Positions 23,619-34,269 of a stretch of 34,269 nucleotides of DNA are shown here, piece after piece. The notes under the pieces were generated by a model. That model saw only the letters and a list, made by a program, of their open reading frames with translations. It did no database searches and had not been told where the DNA came from. This stretch comes from Octopus bimaculoides (taxonomy: Eukaryota). Within the stretch, counting starts at the first letter, position 1, and each line of letters opens with the position of its first letter. The stretch is taken from contig NC_068982.1 in the NCBI RefSeq assembly GCF_001194135.2, positions 85,242,740 through 85,277,008 on the forward strand, read 5' to 3'. A program made the translations under genes and the position numbers.

Positions 23619-25246
23619 TGTATCACTTAAAAACGAGAAACATTTTTCTACTGCTGTTTTATTCTTGTTTTGTAATTTTCTACTCTTGTTATGTAATAAT
23701 TTTCCTCTTGATTGGTTAATTCAGACCAGTGATTTGTTTTGTTTTACCTGCAATATGCAAATGTAAACATGTAAACACACTCAGTTCATGTATAAATTAT
23801 TGATAATTTAATTTTCTACAGCAAATGACTTTTATACATAATTCTAATTAGTCGAATATGGTGTTTGTCATTACAATGAAGCCTAGGAATCAATAGTTGT
23901 ATATATTATTGCATAATATAGTAATATTCATGAGACTGAATTCAAATGAAACAATTGCACATAAACAATTGAGGAGTGCATGCACCATATTCTGGAGCCA
24001 TCTTAAGGCCATAGGGGAAGCTGTTATCTCTCAGCCATAATCTAGTTGGTATTTTTTGATTTTTCTAAAATGCTTTTTTTTTGGATGGAATATTGTTTTG
24101 TTTTCCTTTTATGCAAACTGTCAAATTTAGTCCCAAATCACTGTTTATGTATTTGTTGTGCATTCCATGTTAACAGTAAGCTTTTCATTGTAAACTTATG
24201 TACTAGAACTTATGCAACTTTCCACATGAATAATGAAATTGTGTCTTAAATTTAGTTTCCTTTGGAAAGCTTTCTCTTCTGCTATAAACATCTATCCAGT
24301 TATGCATAAATTTTTCTGTTATATTGTAGCATGTGTGCTCTCTAACTTAACACTCTTTCCCCCTCTCAATGTTTTTGAAATCTTGTGTGTTTCTGACTTA
24401 CATTTTCAGTAAGAAAGTTTGAAATCTATCCTCATACTGTCTATTTAGAATAGTTCTTATATAACGTATTTACAATCTTCTCTTTATCTACTTTCTGTTG
24501 CCACCCCATCTATTCAAGCACAGATATTGATTTAGTATTAACACAATCATTTGCACCTCTTTGTGATGATGACATCATGAAATGGTAAAAATGCAATTAA
24601 TTAGAAGAAATGAGCAGGACTGTATCCCTGAAACACTTGGCTGTAGTAAAAGAAGTGCGATGGCTTAGCATTGTCACTAGTTTCACCTTGGTGGAATATC
24701 AATAAATTAATGGGAGCATATTTAAAACATGCCGGACCACGGGAGTTGCCAGGCTATGAGATGTTTTAGTCTGTGCTTATACATTTATTTCATGTCTCAT
24801 TTATAGTTACCTGCGTACTATAGATTTTAAAGTTCATACTGTAGATTTTTATGGACTTTTTGAAGAGAAAATACTGAATAAGTTATTTTTTCATACCATC
24901 TTTTTATTTTTATGCATCTTTAATTGCCTCTTTATTTCTGAACTGAAATACATAATGTAGATATGGTCATATATTTAGTGAAATCTTTACCAAGTATATA
25001 ACTATATTTATTTATGTATTCTCTGCTTGCTTAGAGTCAAGCATCAAAAGCTTGCTAGTAACCTCCTAGTTTTGAAATAGAATTCATCAGTTTAAAACTA
25101 AAATCTTTAAGAATTAGAAATAAAATATTTATTGGAAATTATATTATGGTCTTGTGATTTATAATGAATTGCTTTTTATATGAAAATGTCAAGAGAATTC
25201 TATTGTATATTTTTTGTTTCCTCTTGCAGCAGTTGCAGTAGCCATC

Positions 25247-25359
25247 ATGCCTAAAAGCCGGCAGATGACTATCGTATGCATAATTAACCTAGAGCCAAGC
25301 AGTTCTTCAACCACTATCAAGAATAGGGCATTCACTGACATTGAGAAAGCATGTCAACG
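25247..25359 (+). CDS. MAP3K5/MAP3K15: Probable first coding exon of an ASK1-family MAP kinase kinase kinase (N-terminal DUF4071 region); partial, phase-2 donor
   Basis: Polypyrimidine tract and CAG acceptor at 25227-25229, ATG with A at -3, open frame MPKSRQMTIVCIINLEPSSSSTTIKNRAFTDIEKACQ(R), donor CG|GTAAAT at 25360. The pattern hydrophobic-VC-hydrophobic...RAF..I..AC recalls the segment that precedes LDFGET...FYNAD in ASK kinases; recognised from memory. Confidence 0.7.
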
Positions 25360-25689
25360 GTAAATGTTACATTTATGCTTTTTTTTCTCGTTGTGTTTAT
25401 GTACAATGTTCTGCACAAGTTATTGTTGTCATTATGTCACATCAGGCTAGCCATGACTGAACAAACTTATGATAGATTGGTAGCCAATGGAGTAACAAAG
25501 TGAGCCACATCTGTTTTATACATTGCTTCTATCTAGCTAGTAATCATACTACACACTAACATTCTGCTGGTGGCCACAACTGAGGCTGCCATGATGGATT
25601 CTATCAGAGCACAGCAGTTGTTCTGCATTTAGTATTTGTGATGTGCATTCCAGCACAGCATCTAGGGCTAGCAAGACTGTTGATGATGT

Positions 25690-26170
25690 TGCTCTTTCTA
25701 TGCGCATATTATTATTTTTTGTTTTGTAATGGGTTGAATGGGATAGTTAGTATTTTTAGGATGCTGTTGTACTGGTGTTTTGGAATGTTTGGGTTTGTGA
25801 AGGTGATTTTTCATTGAAGAGGCTGGAACTGTGAGGTTTGAAGTTTGTTGTGGCAACACTGTGCTCTTTGCATGTAGACTTTCACTTTTAGTATTTTTTT
25901 GTTTCAAAGGTCGTCTGTGGGTATGGTCTGTGTGTAGCTCATGTTTGTGTTGTGGTTACTTGTGAAAGTGAGTGCACTAAATATGTGTGTGTTGTTTCAT
26001 TTTCTTTAGTAAATCTCCATTGCATGCTGTAGATGTTGAGAAAATTTATATCTCTGCTAGTATTTTGTCTTATATGTGAAGTATATTTATATTGTTGAGT
26101 GTGATGATTGGTTGTACTTGAATTTCTCTAGTGTTGTTTATTAGAAAAGAGAGTTAGCTTTCTGAATAGG
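25690..26170 (-). mobile_element. Highly degenerate repeat, possibly a PLE remnant
   Basis: Strong strand asymmetry (A/C-rich on minus) like 8110-8290; no clear motif. Confidence 0.3.
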
Positions 26171-26229
26171 AAGCCCCTATCTTGCACTTAAAATTAGGCT
26201 GTTTCCAGTTACCTACATATGAAGCAAAA

Positions 26230-26420
26230 AATAATATAAACTAGAGAGGAATGAAGCTAGTATGCTCCATTGAATGTGCAATGCTGGTATGGATGTATGA
26301 CACAGTGCTAAGGTATTAAGAGAAAAATTAGGCAAAAGAAGAATCAGATGGTTTGGCTGTGTGATGTGCATGGATGAGGATAGCTGCATAAAGAAGTGCT
26401 GGTTGCTTAAAATGGATGTA
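26230..26420 (+). mobile_element. Old RTE LINE fragment
   Basis: aatgaagctagtatgctccattgaatgtgcaatg and atggatgaggatagctgcataaagaagtgc match 16995-17030 and 17143-17175. Confidence 0.7.
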
Positions 26421-26712
26421 ATCGCTTGAGTGCAGTACTAGCACATATTATTCTTTCCCCTTTCTTTGCCCCACCTGTGCCTTCAGTTATCTCTCTCCTC
26501 TGCTGTACTTCATTCAATACCTCACATATCTTCTTTCACTCTCAGCACCCTGTCATATATGTCCTCATGTTCTGTCATTATAGCTACCCTTATGTACCTC
26601 TATTACCCCTTGCTCATCATCTCCTTACTTTCTGATCTATTCTTCCTGAGCTACCTCTATCTCTCTCCTTACCTGCTCTCCATACTGATATGTCCTATCA
26701 ACAATACATCCT

Positions 26713-26956
26713 TGTCATAAACCAGTTCAAAGAAGGCTTTTATTCAAACTTTATTTCTGCTTGCCATCTAATCCGTTAATCATTGCTGTCCAACGATTAA
26801 GACGTGTTGCTTTAGATTAAGACAGTATTCATCTATCAATGTCATTTGACACTATGCCATATGTTCGTACTCAATACAAAATAAGATATCTATATTTTTA
26901 TCTATTATTTGCTATTGTAGAAAGGAATTAATGATAGGATATTATAATTCATAACA
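26713..26956 (-). mobile_element. Putative 3' LTR of Gypsy element 2 (244 bp)
   Basis: Minus strand TGTTAT...ATGACA ends, purine-rich AGCAGAAAAA just upstream, two AATAAA near the end, about 35 bp after the pol stop. Confidence 0.55.
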
Positions 26957-26992
26957 GTTTTTCTGCTGAGTGTAAAGTTAGTCACGGTGCAT

Positions 26993-29900
26993 TCAAAACA
27001 TATAGTCCTTTAGATAAAAAGGCGTCTTAATAACTTGTCCTGATCTCCGTTTTCTCATCTCTTTTTGTCCCTGAAAAGTTGGTGTTTTGTTACCCTTATT
27101 ATTCTCTTTCAGGCATTCTTCACCAGTTGCTAATCTGCTTATGTTTCCAGGTACCAGACTGTGAGCTCCGTTTTTTGTTGATACATTGCTTCTATTGGTG
27201 TACTGTTGGGGTCGGTTCCTTGTTGATTTATTATTTTTGTATTTGGTTGTTCTGTATCAAATTCTGTTTGTGTAGTTAACCCTGGTTATGTTTGTGTGTT
27301 ATCTTTGCTTCCTTGATTGAAAGAGTGTCCTGCTGGAGTGAGATTGTGTTGACACTGTATCTATTCGTCTGTTTCCAAATTGCACATGTGCAAAGTGGGG
27401 AAAAATCGTCTCCTACAATTTAACGTTTTCTATAAGTGGATCTCCCTTATTTCTGAGATGTCAGTGATGCAGTATTGTGCTTCTCATATTCTGGAGGAAT
27501 TCAGGTTGAATGGTTCCCACTGTTGGTGATCTTGAAAATTTAAACATTCACTCACAAGGGTTTGTATTGGTAGCTGTACAGAGGAATCCTCTCATGGCTG
27601 ATAGTGTCATGGGAAGGACTGTCAACCATTGTTTTTTATCTAGTTGTAGTGAACTAAGTGCTAGTTTTATGGTCTTCATGAGAGTACCGTTGGTCCTTCC
27701 ACATTGGCCATTGCTTTGAGGTTGATATGGAGATGTTCTAGTATTTATTGTCCCATTAGCGTGAAGGATGTCCTGGAGCTTCTTATCAAAATGGGTTCCT
27801 CTGTCAGAGTGGATACAACTTGGTGATCCAAACAATGAAAAGAAGTTGAACAGTTGGGAAATTACCGTTTTGGTACTTATGTCTTTGCATGGGTATGTGA
27901 ATGGGTACCTTGAGTACTCATCAACTATTACCAATAAGTAGCGGTATTGTGTGGTTGATGGTAGGGGACCAACAACGTCAGTGGAGAGGTGCTCCCAAGG
28001 TCTTGATGCCTGTATTAATTGACCTATAAGTGGTTTGTGGAAGCAGGGTTTGAGCTTGTTGCATGTAGAGCAAGTGAGTGTCATTTCGTGGATTTCGTTG
28101 AGGGAGAACTGCAGGTTTCGTACTTTACAGTAGTGAAGTTGGTGGGTTACTCTTGAGTAGCACAGTTGTTTGTGAAGAGTTATTAGTGTTGTAGTGTCCC
28201 TTGTTGCTGCACATCTTGATAGCGCATCTGCTGCTTTGTTTTGAGTTGCTGGTCTATAGGAGATTGTATAATTTATGTCTGGGAGGTCCAAGCGCCAGCG
28301 TACAAGTTTTACATTTTTGATTTTTGATGTCCCTTGCGTATTGAAGATCATCGACACTGTGCATTGATTGGTGATGATTTTGCAGTATGGGGAAACATGT
28401 ATTAGGTGGCGCCATTTGCAGCAACATTCTACGATTGTGCAGGCTTCTCTCTCGATGATGGATTGGTGTTTTTCTGTTTTTGAAAGGGACCTTGAGTAGA
28501 AGGCCACTGGCCTTGTTATGATAGTGACCCTCACAAGGCTAAGTTGGAAGCATTTGTTTCAATGGTAATTAGTATTCCAGGTTGTGGATCGGCAAATATG
28601 GCATTTACCAATGCAGTTTTTAGAGATGCGATTGCTGTTTTTGCTTCTTTTGGCAGTCCTGCTTTGTTGATATTCTTTATGCTCTTGTAAGTGGAGTGGT
28701 GAGTCTGGAGCACTTAGGTATCCACTTTGCATAATATGCAAAAATGCCTATTATTTGATCAAGTTCTCTCAATGTTCTTGGTTCTGGTATATCTAATAGA
28801 CATAGATACCTTTTAGGGTCAGGTTTTATTGTTGAATTTCCAATAATGTGTCCAAGGAAGCTGATTTGCTTCTGAGAGAATTGATTCTTTCTCTTATTGA
28901 TGGTCATGCCAGGTATTTTGGCTGCCTGGATAAATCTGACGTTATCATCATGTTCATGATGATTTTTGCCAGCTATGATGATGTCATCTAGATAGGCAAA
29001 GGTTTTCTGAAGATTGTTTCTTTTTATGAATTCATCCATGATACGCTTAAAATTGTTGCATACCTGGCATGACCATCAATAAGAGAAAGAATCAATTCTC
29101 TCAGAAGCAAATCAGCTTCCTTGGACACATTACAACCAAATAAGAGGTGTTTAAACTCGTACAGTCTCCCCTCTGCTTTGAATGCAGTCAGTTTATAGTC
29201 TTTGAGTAGGAATTCCACCTGGTGATATGCAGCTGTTGTATCTAGGTTGCTGAAAATCTTGTTTGTTGCTACCTTATTTAGAAGATCATCGATCTGGCGG
29301 CGGGTTGTAGGCATCCAGTTGTGTGTAGATATTTATAGTGTTCAAGTAGTCGATCACCAGTCTTTTCTTCCTTCCATTAGATGTCACAAAGCATTGAGCT
29401 CACCAGGGACTATAGCTTTCCTGAATTATGTCCTCTGAAAGTAACCTGTCTATTTCATGCTTAATAAACTCTGCGTCTTGAAGTTGTTGTAATTGGTTTG
29501 AGCTTAGAGGTCTTTATGTCAGGAGGTAGTTTGTACATAGTGCATTTTAGGCTTGACATGGACATGCAGAATGACATAGGTTTCAGCATGCCCTTGAAGT
29601 TAATTGTAATTGTTGAGTATTGACTGAGGATATCGATTCCAATGATGACTGGAGCTACAAGGTGGTTGACTGCAAGAAAATTAGCATTATATGCATTATT
29701 TCCCAGTCGTAGTTTGCTACTGAATTTGCCTTTAATTTCCAGTGCTGTGTTGTTGGCCAAGTTAACTTTTTCTGGGCAAGTATGATCTTATTGTAATCCC
29801 CAGGCTGTAAGAAGATTCACTTCTATAAATGTCTTGTTAGAACCTGTGTCAAGAAGGGCTTGTGTATTGTTGTCTCTTATTTTAACGGTTACCAGCTGTC

Positions 29901-30608
29901 CTGTACCATTTGTTACTGCTAAAATGATGTATGATAAGGTCCCATCACTGTTTTCCTCTGAGTTGCTCTCAGACTCTGTGATAGCTGCTGTTTTAGGGAA
30001 ATTTTGTTTGTTTCTTGGTGGCTTTTTTGAGAGGCAGACTTTCTCCCAGTGGCCTTTCTTCTGACACTTTTTGCAAGTAGAGTTTCTCACCGGGCATTGA
30101 GTTCTTTTATGGATGCATCCTCTGCACCAAAAGCATGCTGATTTAGTGGCTGCAAGATGAGAAGATTGATACTAGCTGAGCCTTGCAATAAGTTGTGAGT
30201 GTTTTCAGTCGCCACCTCTATGGTTTGAGCAAGTTTATAGTGTTTCTAAGCTGTTGTGTGATGACTCGAGAAGTCTTTGTCTGATTGATGGTGATTGAAG
30301 CCCAGCCACAAAGCATCACCAGTTAGAATTTCTTGGTAATGGTCTGCCGTTAGGGCTTGAATTTTATACTTCTTGGCCAGCACCTGAAGGCTTGACATAA
30401 ATTCTTCTATAGACTCGTTTATCTTTTATTTTCAAGTTTGTAGTTTATGGCGCATCATTATGTTTGAACTTTTCTTTATGAACTTTGAGTTCAGGCGTTC
30501 TATTGCTGCCTTGAAGATTTCAGATTCTTCGGCGATGGGATAGGTCCTTGCTCTGCAGAGTACTAAGAGTACCTCCAGCTTAGAATCAGCTGGAACTTTT
30601 GCTCTGTA
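26993..30608 (-). pseudogene. Gypsy element 2 (Mag-like) gag-pol remnant: gag with two CCHC knuckles, protease, RT, RNase H, integrase; inactivated, 5'-truncated
   Basis: CFWCRGCIHKRTQC and CKKCQKKGHWEKVC; ALLDTGS; FAYLDDIII; VAFYSRSL...EREACTIVE; STDVVGPLP...IVDEYSRY...IHSDRG; terminal RSGQVIKTPFYLKDYMF*. Integrase catalytic E is replaced (GQCGRTN). Confidence 0.93.
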
Positions 30609-30790
30609 GCACGAAACTCGGCTTGTGAAGACCTGTTGGGGCAAGTGAAAGCGAAATCGTGATGGCACCTGTGCCCAGCGTCGCTTTCTTGGCACTTGTG
30701 CTGGTGGCATGTGTAAAGACATTCGAGCAAGATCATGCCAGTGCCGGTAGACTGGCTCCTGTGCAGGTGGCACGTAAAATACACCATTTC
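30609..30790 (+). mobile_element. RTE 3' UTR fragment abutting the truncated gag
   Basis: cttgtgaagacctgttggggcaagtgaaa...gactggctcctgtgcaggtggcacgtaaaatacaccattt matches 17495-17675. Confidence 0.85.
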
Positions 30791-31344
30791 TATTGATCGG
30801 ACCACGTATATGATAAATGGAAAAATTCAGATAAGCACTCTAACTTTTCTTCCCTCTTCTAATAGTCTTTGCTCCATTCTAGCATGTTAAATTCTCACTT
30901 TATTTCAGTTTTTCTTCTTTCCTCCCCTTTTAGACAATGTGTAGTGTATTTTCTTTCTTTCTCTCTTTTTCCTTTCTCCATGAAACTCGAGGCCCACTTA
31001 TTTTCAATGTATCTGTCCATATCTACCCTCACTCACCCTTACTTGCAACACCATCTCTACTGGAATTCTGTTTTTCCCTCACTTCTGTTCAGTGTGAAGC
31101 CCCTACCTCCTCCCCTCTGAGATAATAAAGTATAAGTCATATCAAAACATGTAATAGTGTATTTATTCGAAATCCTTCACTGATAATAGTTTGAATGTCA
31201 TCTGTTGTAGTAAGTGTATGAGAATGAATGAATAAATAAATGATGGCATTTCTAATGAAAGGGAGAAAGTTACCAATATATGTAAATTCCCCAAATGCTG
31301 GCAAAGCACAGCTCAACTTTTCTTTTCCCCCATAAGTACAATAG

Positions 31345-31665
31345 TGATCATGGGGATAGGCATACTGTTAACTGAGAAATGGATAAAGTAATTGAGGTAT
31401 ACAAAAATGATTAAATTGAAACTGATTGTAGGTAGCTCAATGGCATAACAGGTAAGAATACTAGAAGAATGGATGGATTGCTTCTATGAGATCCTTCTGT
31501 AAACTACCTGGATAAAAACTGCCTGTGACCTTATTGTCATAGCTGATGACATCAACAGTTATGTTGGTTAGCATGTCCATGGGATTATGGTCTCAGTTTG
31601 AGAAATGAGGAAGATGTAAGTCTCTTGGAGTTCTATGATGCAACTGGTCTAACGATGAGGTTTTT
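31345..31665 (+). pseudogene. Old RTE LINE endonuclease fragment
   Basis: GIGILLTEKW, IADDINSYVG*HVHG, RNEEDVSLLEFYDA resemble the RTE APE motifs GDFNGHVG and RNEEG..LLEFC. Confidence 0.7.
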
Positions 31666-31841
31666 TAGGTAATAGAGTTCTAAATGTTGTAATCCTAAAT
31701 ATTTCACTTTGAAATCTTGATTTTTCACCTAAAATATGCAAATGTCCAAATTTACTGCACAATTAGCCTACATGTAGTAGTATGATAAAAAAAATTTCAA
31801 AAAATAATTTGTTTAAAATCCAATTTTACAAGATTCGAATA

Positions 31842-32006
31842 GGCGTAGGAGTGGCTGTGTGGTAAGTAGCTTGCTTACCAACCACATGGTTCCGGGTTCA
31901 GTCCCACTGCGTGGCACCTTGGGCAAGTGTCTTCTACTATAGCCTCGGGCCGACCAAAGCCTTGTGAGTGGATTTGGTAGACGGAAACTGAAGGAAGCCT
32001 GTCGTA

Positions 32007-32056
<50 letters not shown>

Positions 32057-32285
32057 GATATGTTTGTGTGTCTGTGTTTGTCCCCCAACATCGCTTGACA
32101 ACCGATGGTGTGTTTACGTCCCCGTAACTTAGTAGTTCGGCTAAAGTGACCGATAGAATAAGTACTAGGCTTACAAAGAATAAGTCCTGGAGTCGATTAC
32201 CTCGACTTAAAAAAAAAACAAAACAAGGGGGTGCTCCAGCATGGTCACAGTCAAATGACTGAAACAAGTAAAAGAGTAAAAGAGA
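31842..32285 (+). mobile_element. tRNA-derived SINE with CORE-like central domain and internal (TA)n, near full length
   Basis: A-box TGGCTGTGTGG, B-box GGTTCAGTCCC, GGCACCTTGGGCAAGTGTCTT central motif, tail ending in (GTAAAAGA)n. Confidence 0.9.
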
Positions 32286-32487
32286 GTTTATCAATAACAA
32301 TCTGCGTACTAAAAACTTTGAATCATGTTTTATGAAATAAATTGCATGTATTATTTAAATGTATGGCATTATATTTATAAATAATCAAGAAAATATACAA
32401 TAGAATATTCAACAGAAGTACATCTGTGACTTATTTAGAAGATGCAATATACTGAATTATTTTGTTTTATTAGTAATTTATTAAGAA

Positions 32488-33160
32488 CTAGCTTAACCCT
32501 TTTGATACCAACCTGGCTGAAACCACCTCTGGCTCTGAAGTACAAATGTCTTGTTTTCAAAAGTTCTGAATTAAAATCTTCCACCAAACCTTAGTCACAA
32601 TTTATGTTCCTAACATCAACTTAATGATAACTATGTTATTTTACTAAATTTTTTGTTATACTTAAAATTAATTGAAAGAAACACACAACATCTCAACAGA
32701 AATATGGTAACAAAAGAATTAAAAGCTGCACTGCATGTGGTCTTTTAAGTTAAATCCTGCAGGGGGATAATTGGGACTGCAGACCAAAACTAAAGAGGGA
32801 AATAATAATAAAACATTTATTGGTGTCCTACCATCTCAGACTTATATCACAGAATATCATGTTTGAAGATCACTGTAAAGCAGCAGGATAAACAATATTC
32901 TTGGTTTTACCATGCGGTGTGAGTATGAAGAGATTGTTGCCATTTCCAACTATGGAACAACCAACATTGAGCTAACCATAGGAAAAGCACTACTGCAGGA
33001 GGTGAAATCCAACAACTTTTGGTGATTGTCTTTGACTATTGTTAATTGACATTGCAAAACTAACTCTTACTGGAAATTGAAGTCTCTTGAATTTAAAGGA
33101 CGTGTCTGCTGGAATTCTTGATATAAACACATTTTCTTCTTTTCCTTGTCCAGTAGGATT
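32488..33160 (-). mobile_element. Helitron 3' portion: RepHel PIF1-like helicase C-terminus (32870-33160) and 3' terminus, interrupted by a MITE
   Basis: VFISRIP...FKFKRLQFPVRVSFAMSINNSQRQS.KVVG...CFSYG*LNVGCSIVG...GKTKNIVYPAALQ*; CTAG at 32488-32491 with a decayed hairpin at 32726-32740. Confidence 0.85.
32497..32718. mobile_element. piggyBac-like MITE (222 bp)
   Basis: TTAA on both sides (32493-32496, 32719-32722); termini CCCTTTTGATACC and GGTAACAAAAGAA are imperfect inverted repeats. Confidence 0.75.
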
Positions 33161-33332
33161 GTTGCTTCCAAAAGATGTGGATGCATTTGCCTGACAATCA
33201 GCCTTGTTCCATTTTATAGCTTTGGGAGATTCACATTTCTCATTTAATGTCAGTTTGTGAGAAGGCATTCTAGGAGGATCCAAAGAGTTAAGAAATTCAG
33301 TAGAAGATATTCATATAGAAGAGATGTATGTA

Positions 33333-33480
33333 TCTTATCTATAAAAGGCAGATTTTCTGTGTGTGTGTGTGTGTGTGTGTATATTTAAAATTCATACATT
33401 TACACGATTCCAAATTTCTTTGATGAAAGAATCGGAATTAATATTCTAAATACTATAACTTAGGTCACAGCATCATTTTT
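33333..33480 (+). mobile_element. Possible non-autonomous Helitron 5' end
   Basis: A|TCTTATCTATAAAAGGCAG followed by (GT)n; matching 3' end not found. Confidence 0.4.
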
Positions 33481-34074
33481 TCCGTCAAAATAACTCCCAA
33501 TTACGAATAAAATCCATAAAACTACACAAATTAACATTTTCCCCTCTAATAAAATCTAATTTCCTCTTTCTACTACCTTTACAAATCCCTTCAACTCCTA
33601 CTTTCTCTTATGAACCTTTATGAACAATCCAACAACAAATACAAAAAGAAAGTAAGGAGAAACACTGACAGTAAAAGAAACAGACACAATACCAATCCTA
33701 CGTAAATACACACATATACATACACATGCGTACTTTCCAACACAATTTCTCTGTACAAGTCACTTTCACATTGACAGTCAAACATTTCATTCAATACAAA
33801 CTGTGTCCAACTTTACTTGATGAAATATTTGAATTTCATTTCATTAATACCATCTCTTAAGTCATACACTCAGTTTCTCTCAAAATAACTCCCAATTACG
33901 AATAAAATACATAAAAAATACATAACCATGTGTCAAATACTTTCACTTTAATGGTTTCATTTTCATACTGAGACTACTACAGTGAAACTATACTCTCACG
34001 TATATACAGGCATACATACATATATACATACATACATGCATATATATATCTGCACAAATGTACCAAATATACAT

Positions 34075-34109
<35 letters not shown>

Positions 34110-34110
<1 letters not shown>

Positions 34111-34269
34111 TAGCAGAAATACCCGGCTTTGCCCGGGTTAAAGAGAATAATGAAATCTAAAAACGCCGTCTAGACTACGCAACCCTCAACTGTTAGTAGC
34201 TACGATACCATATTTCTACATTAATAACTCTCCAATCTATGCTAACATGGAACATAGACATTAAGTGGA
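34110..34269 (-). mobile_element. Helitron 3' terminus inserted in a (TA)n tract; element runs off the window
   Basis: Minus strand ACCCGG-GCAAAG-CCGGGT hairpin (34121-34138), then ATTTCTG and CTAG|T. Confidence 0.8.

Noticed and set aside
33967-33996. CTGAGACTACTACAGTGAAACTATA, a hammerhead-like relic
   Set aside because: Needs several deletions to restore the core, and stems I and III are not evident

Overview
AT-rich, microsatellite-rich eukaryotic genomic DNA with six N-gaps (2126-2942, 7166-7442, 13443-13908, 15250-15331, 16815-16914, 17741-18375). The SINE and RTE families look like those of Octopus; this is recognition from memory, not a search. Most of the window is decayed transposable elements: two 5'-truncated Gypsy LTR retrotransposons, a CR1-group LINE, RTE LINE pieces, Penelope-like (PLE) remnants, three Tc1/mariner-superfamily transposons (DD34D, DD41D, DD37D), Helitron pieces, tRNA-derived SINEs, a foldback element and a piggyBac-like MITE. 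One host coding exon is recognisable and is absent from the ORF track: 25247-25359 (+), which resembles the N-terminus of an ASK1/MAP3K5/MAP3K15 kinase. A candidate promoter lies at about 11.4 kb. I found no wholly new multi-gene system. The most notable signals are a minimal PLE-type hammerhead ribozyme with a palindromic stem III (1298-1343), a perfect 73-bp inverted templated insertion inside a dead Gypsy RT, a LINE-SINE shared 3' stem-loop, a Helitron 3' end split by a MITE, and inverted repeats that could form dsRNA in a pre-mRNA. No databases were searched.
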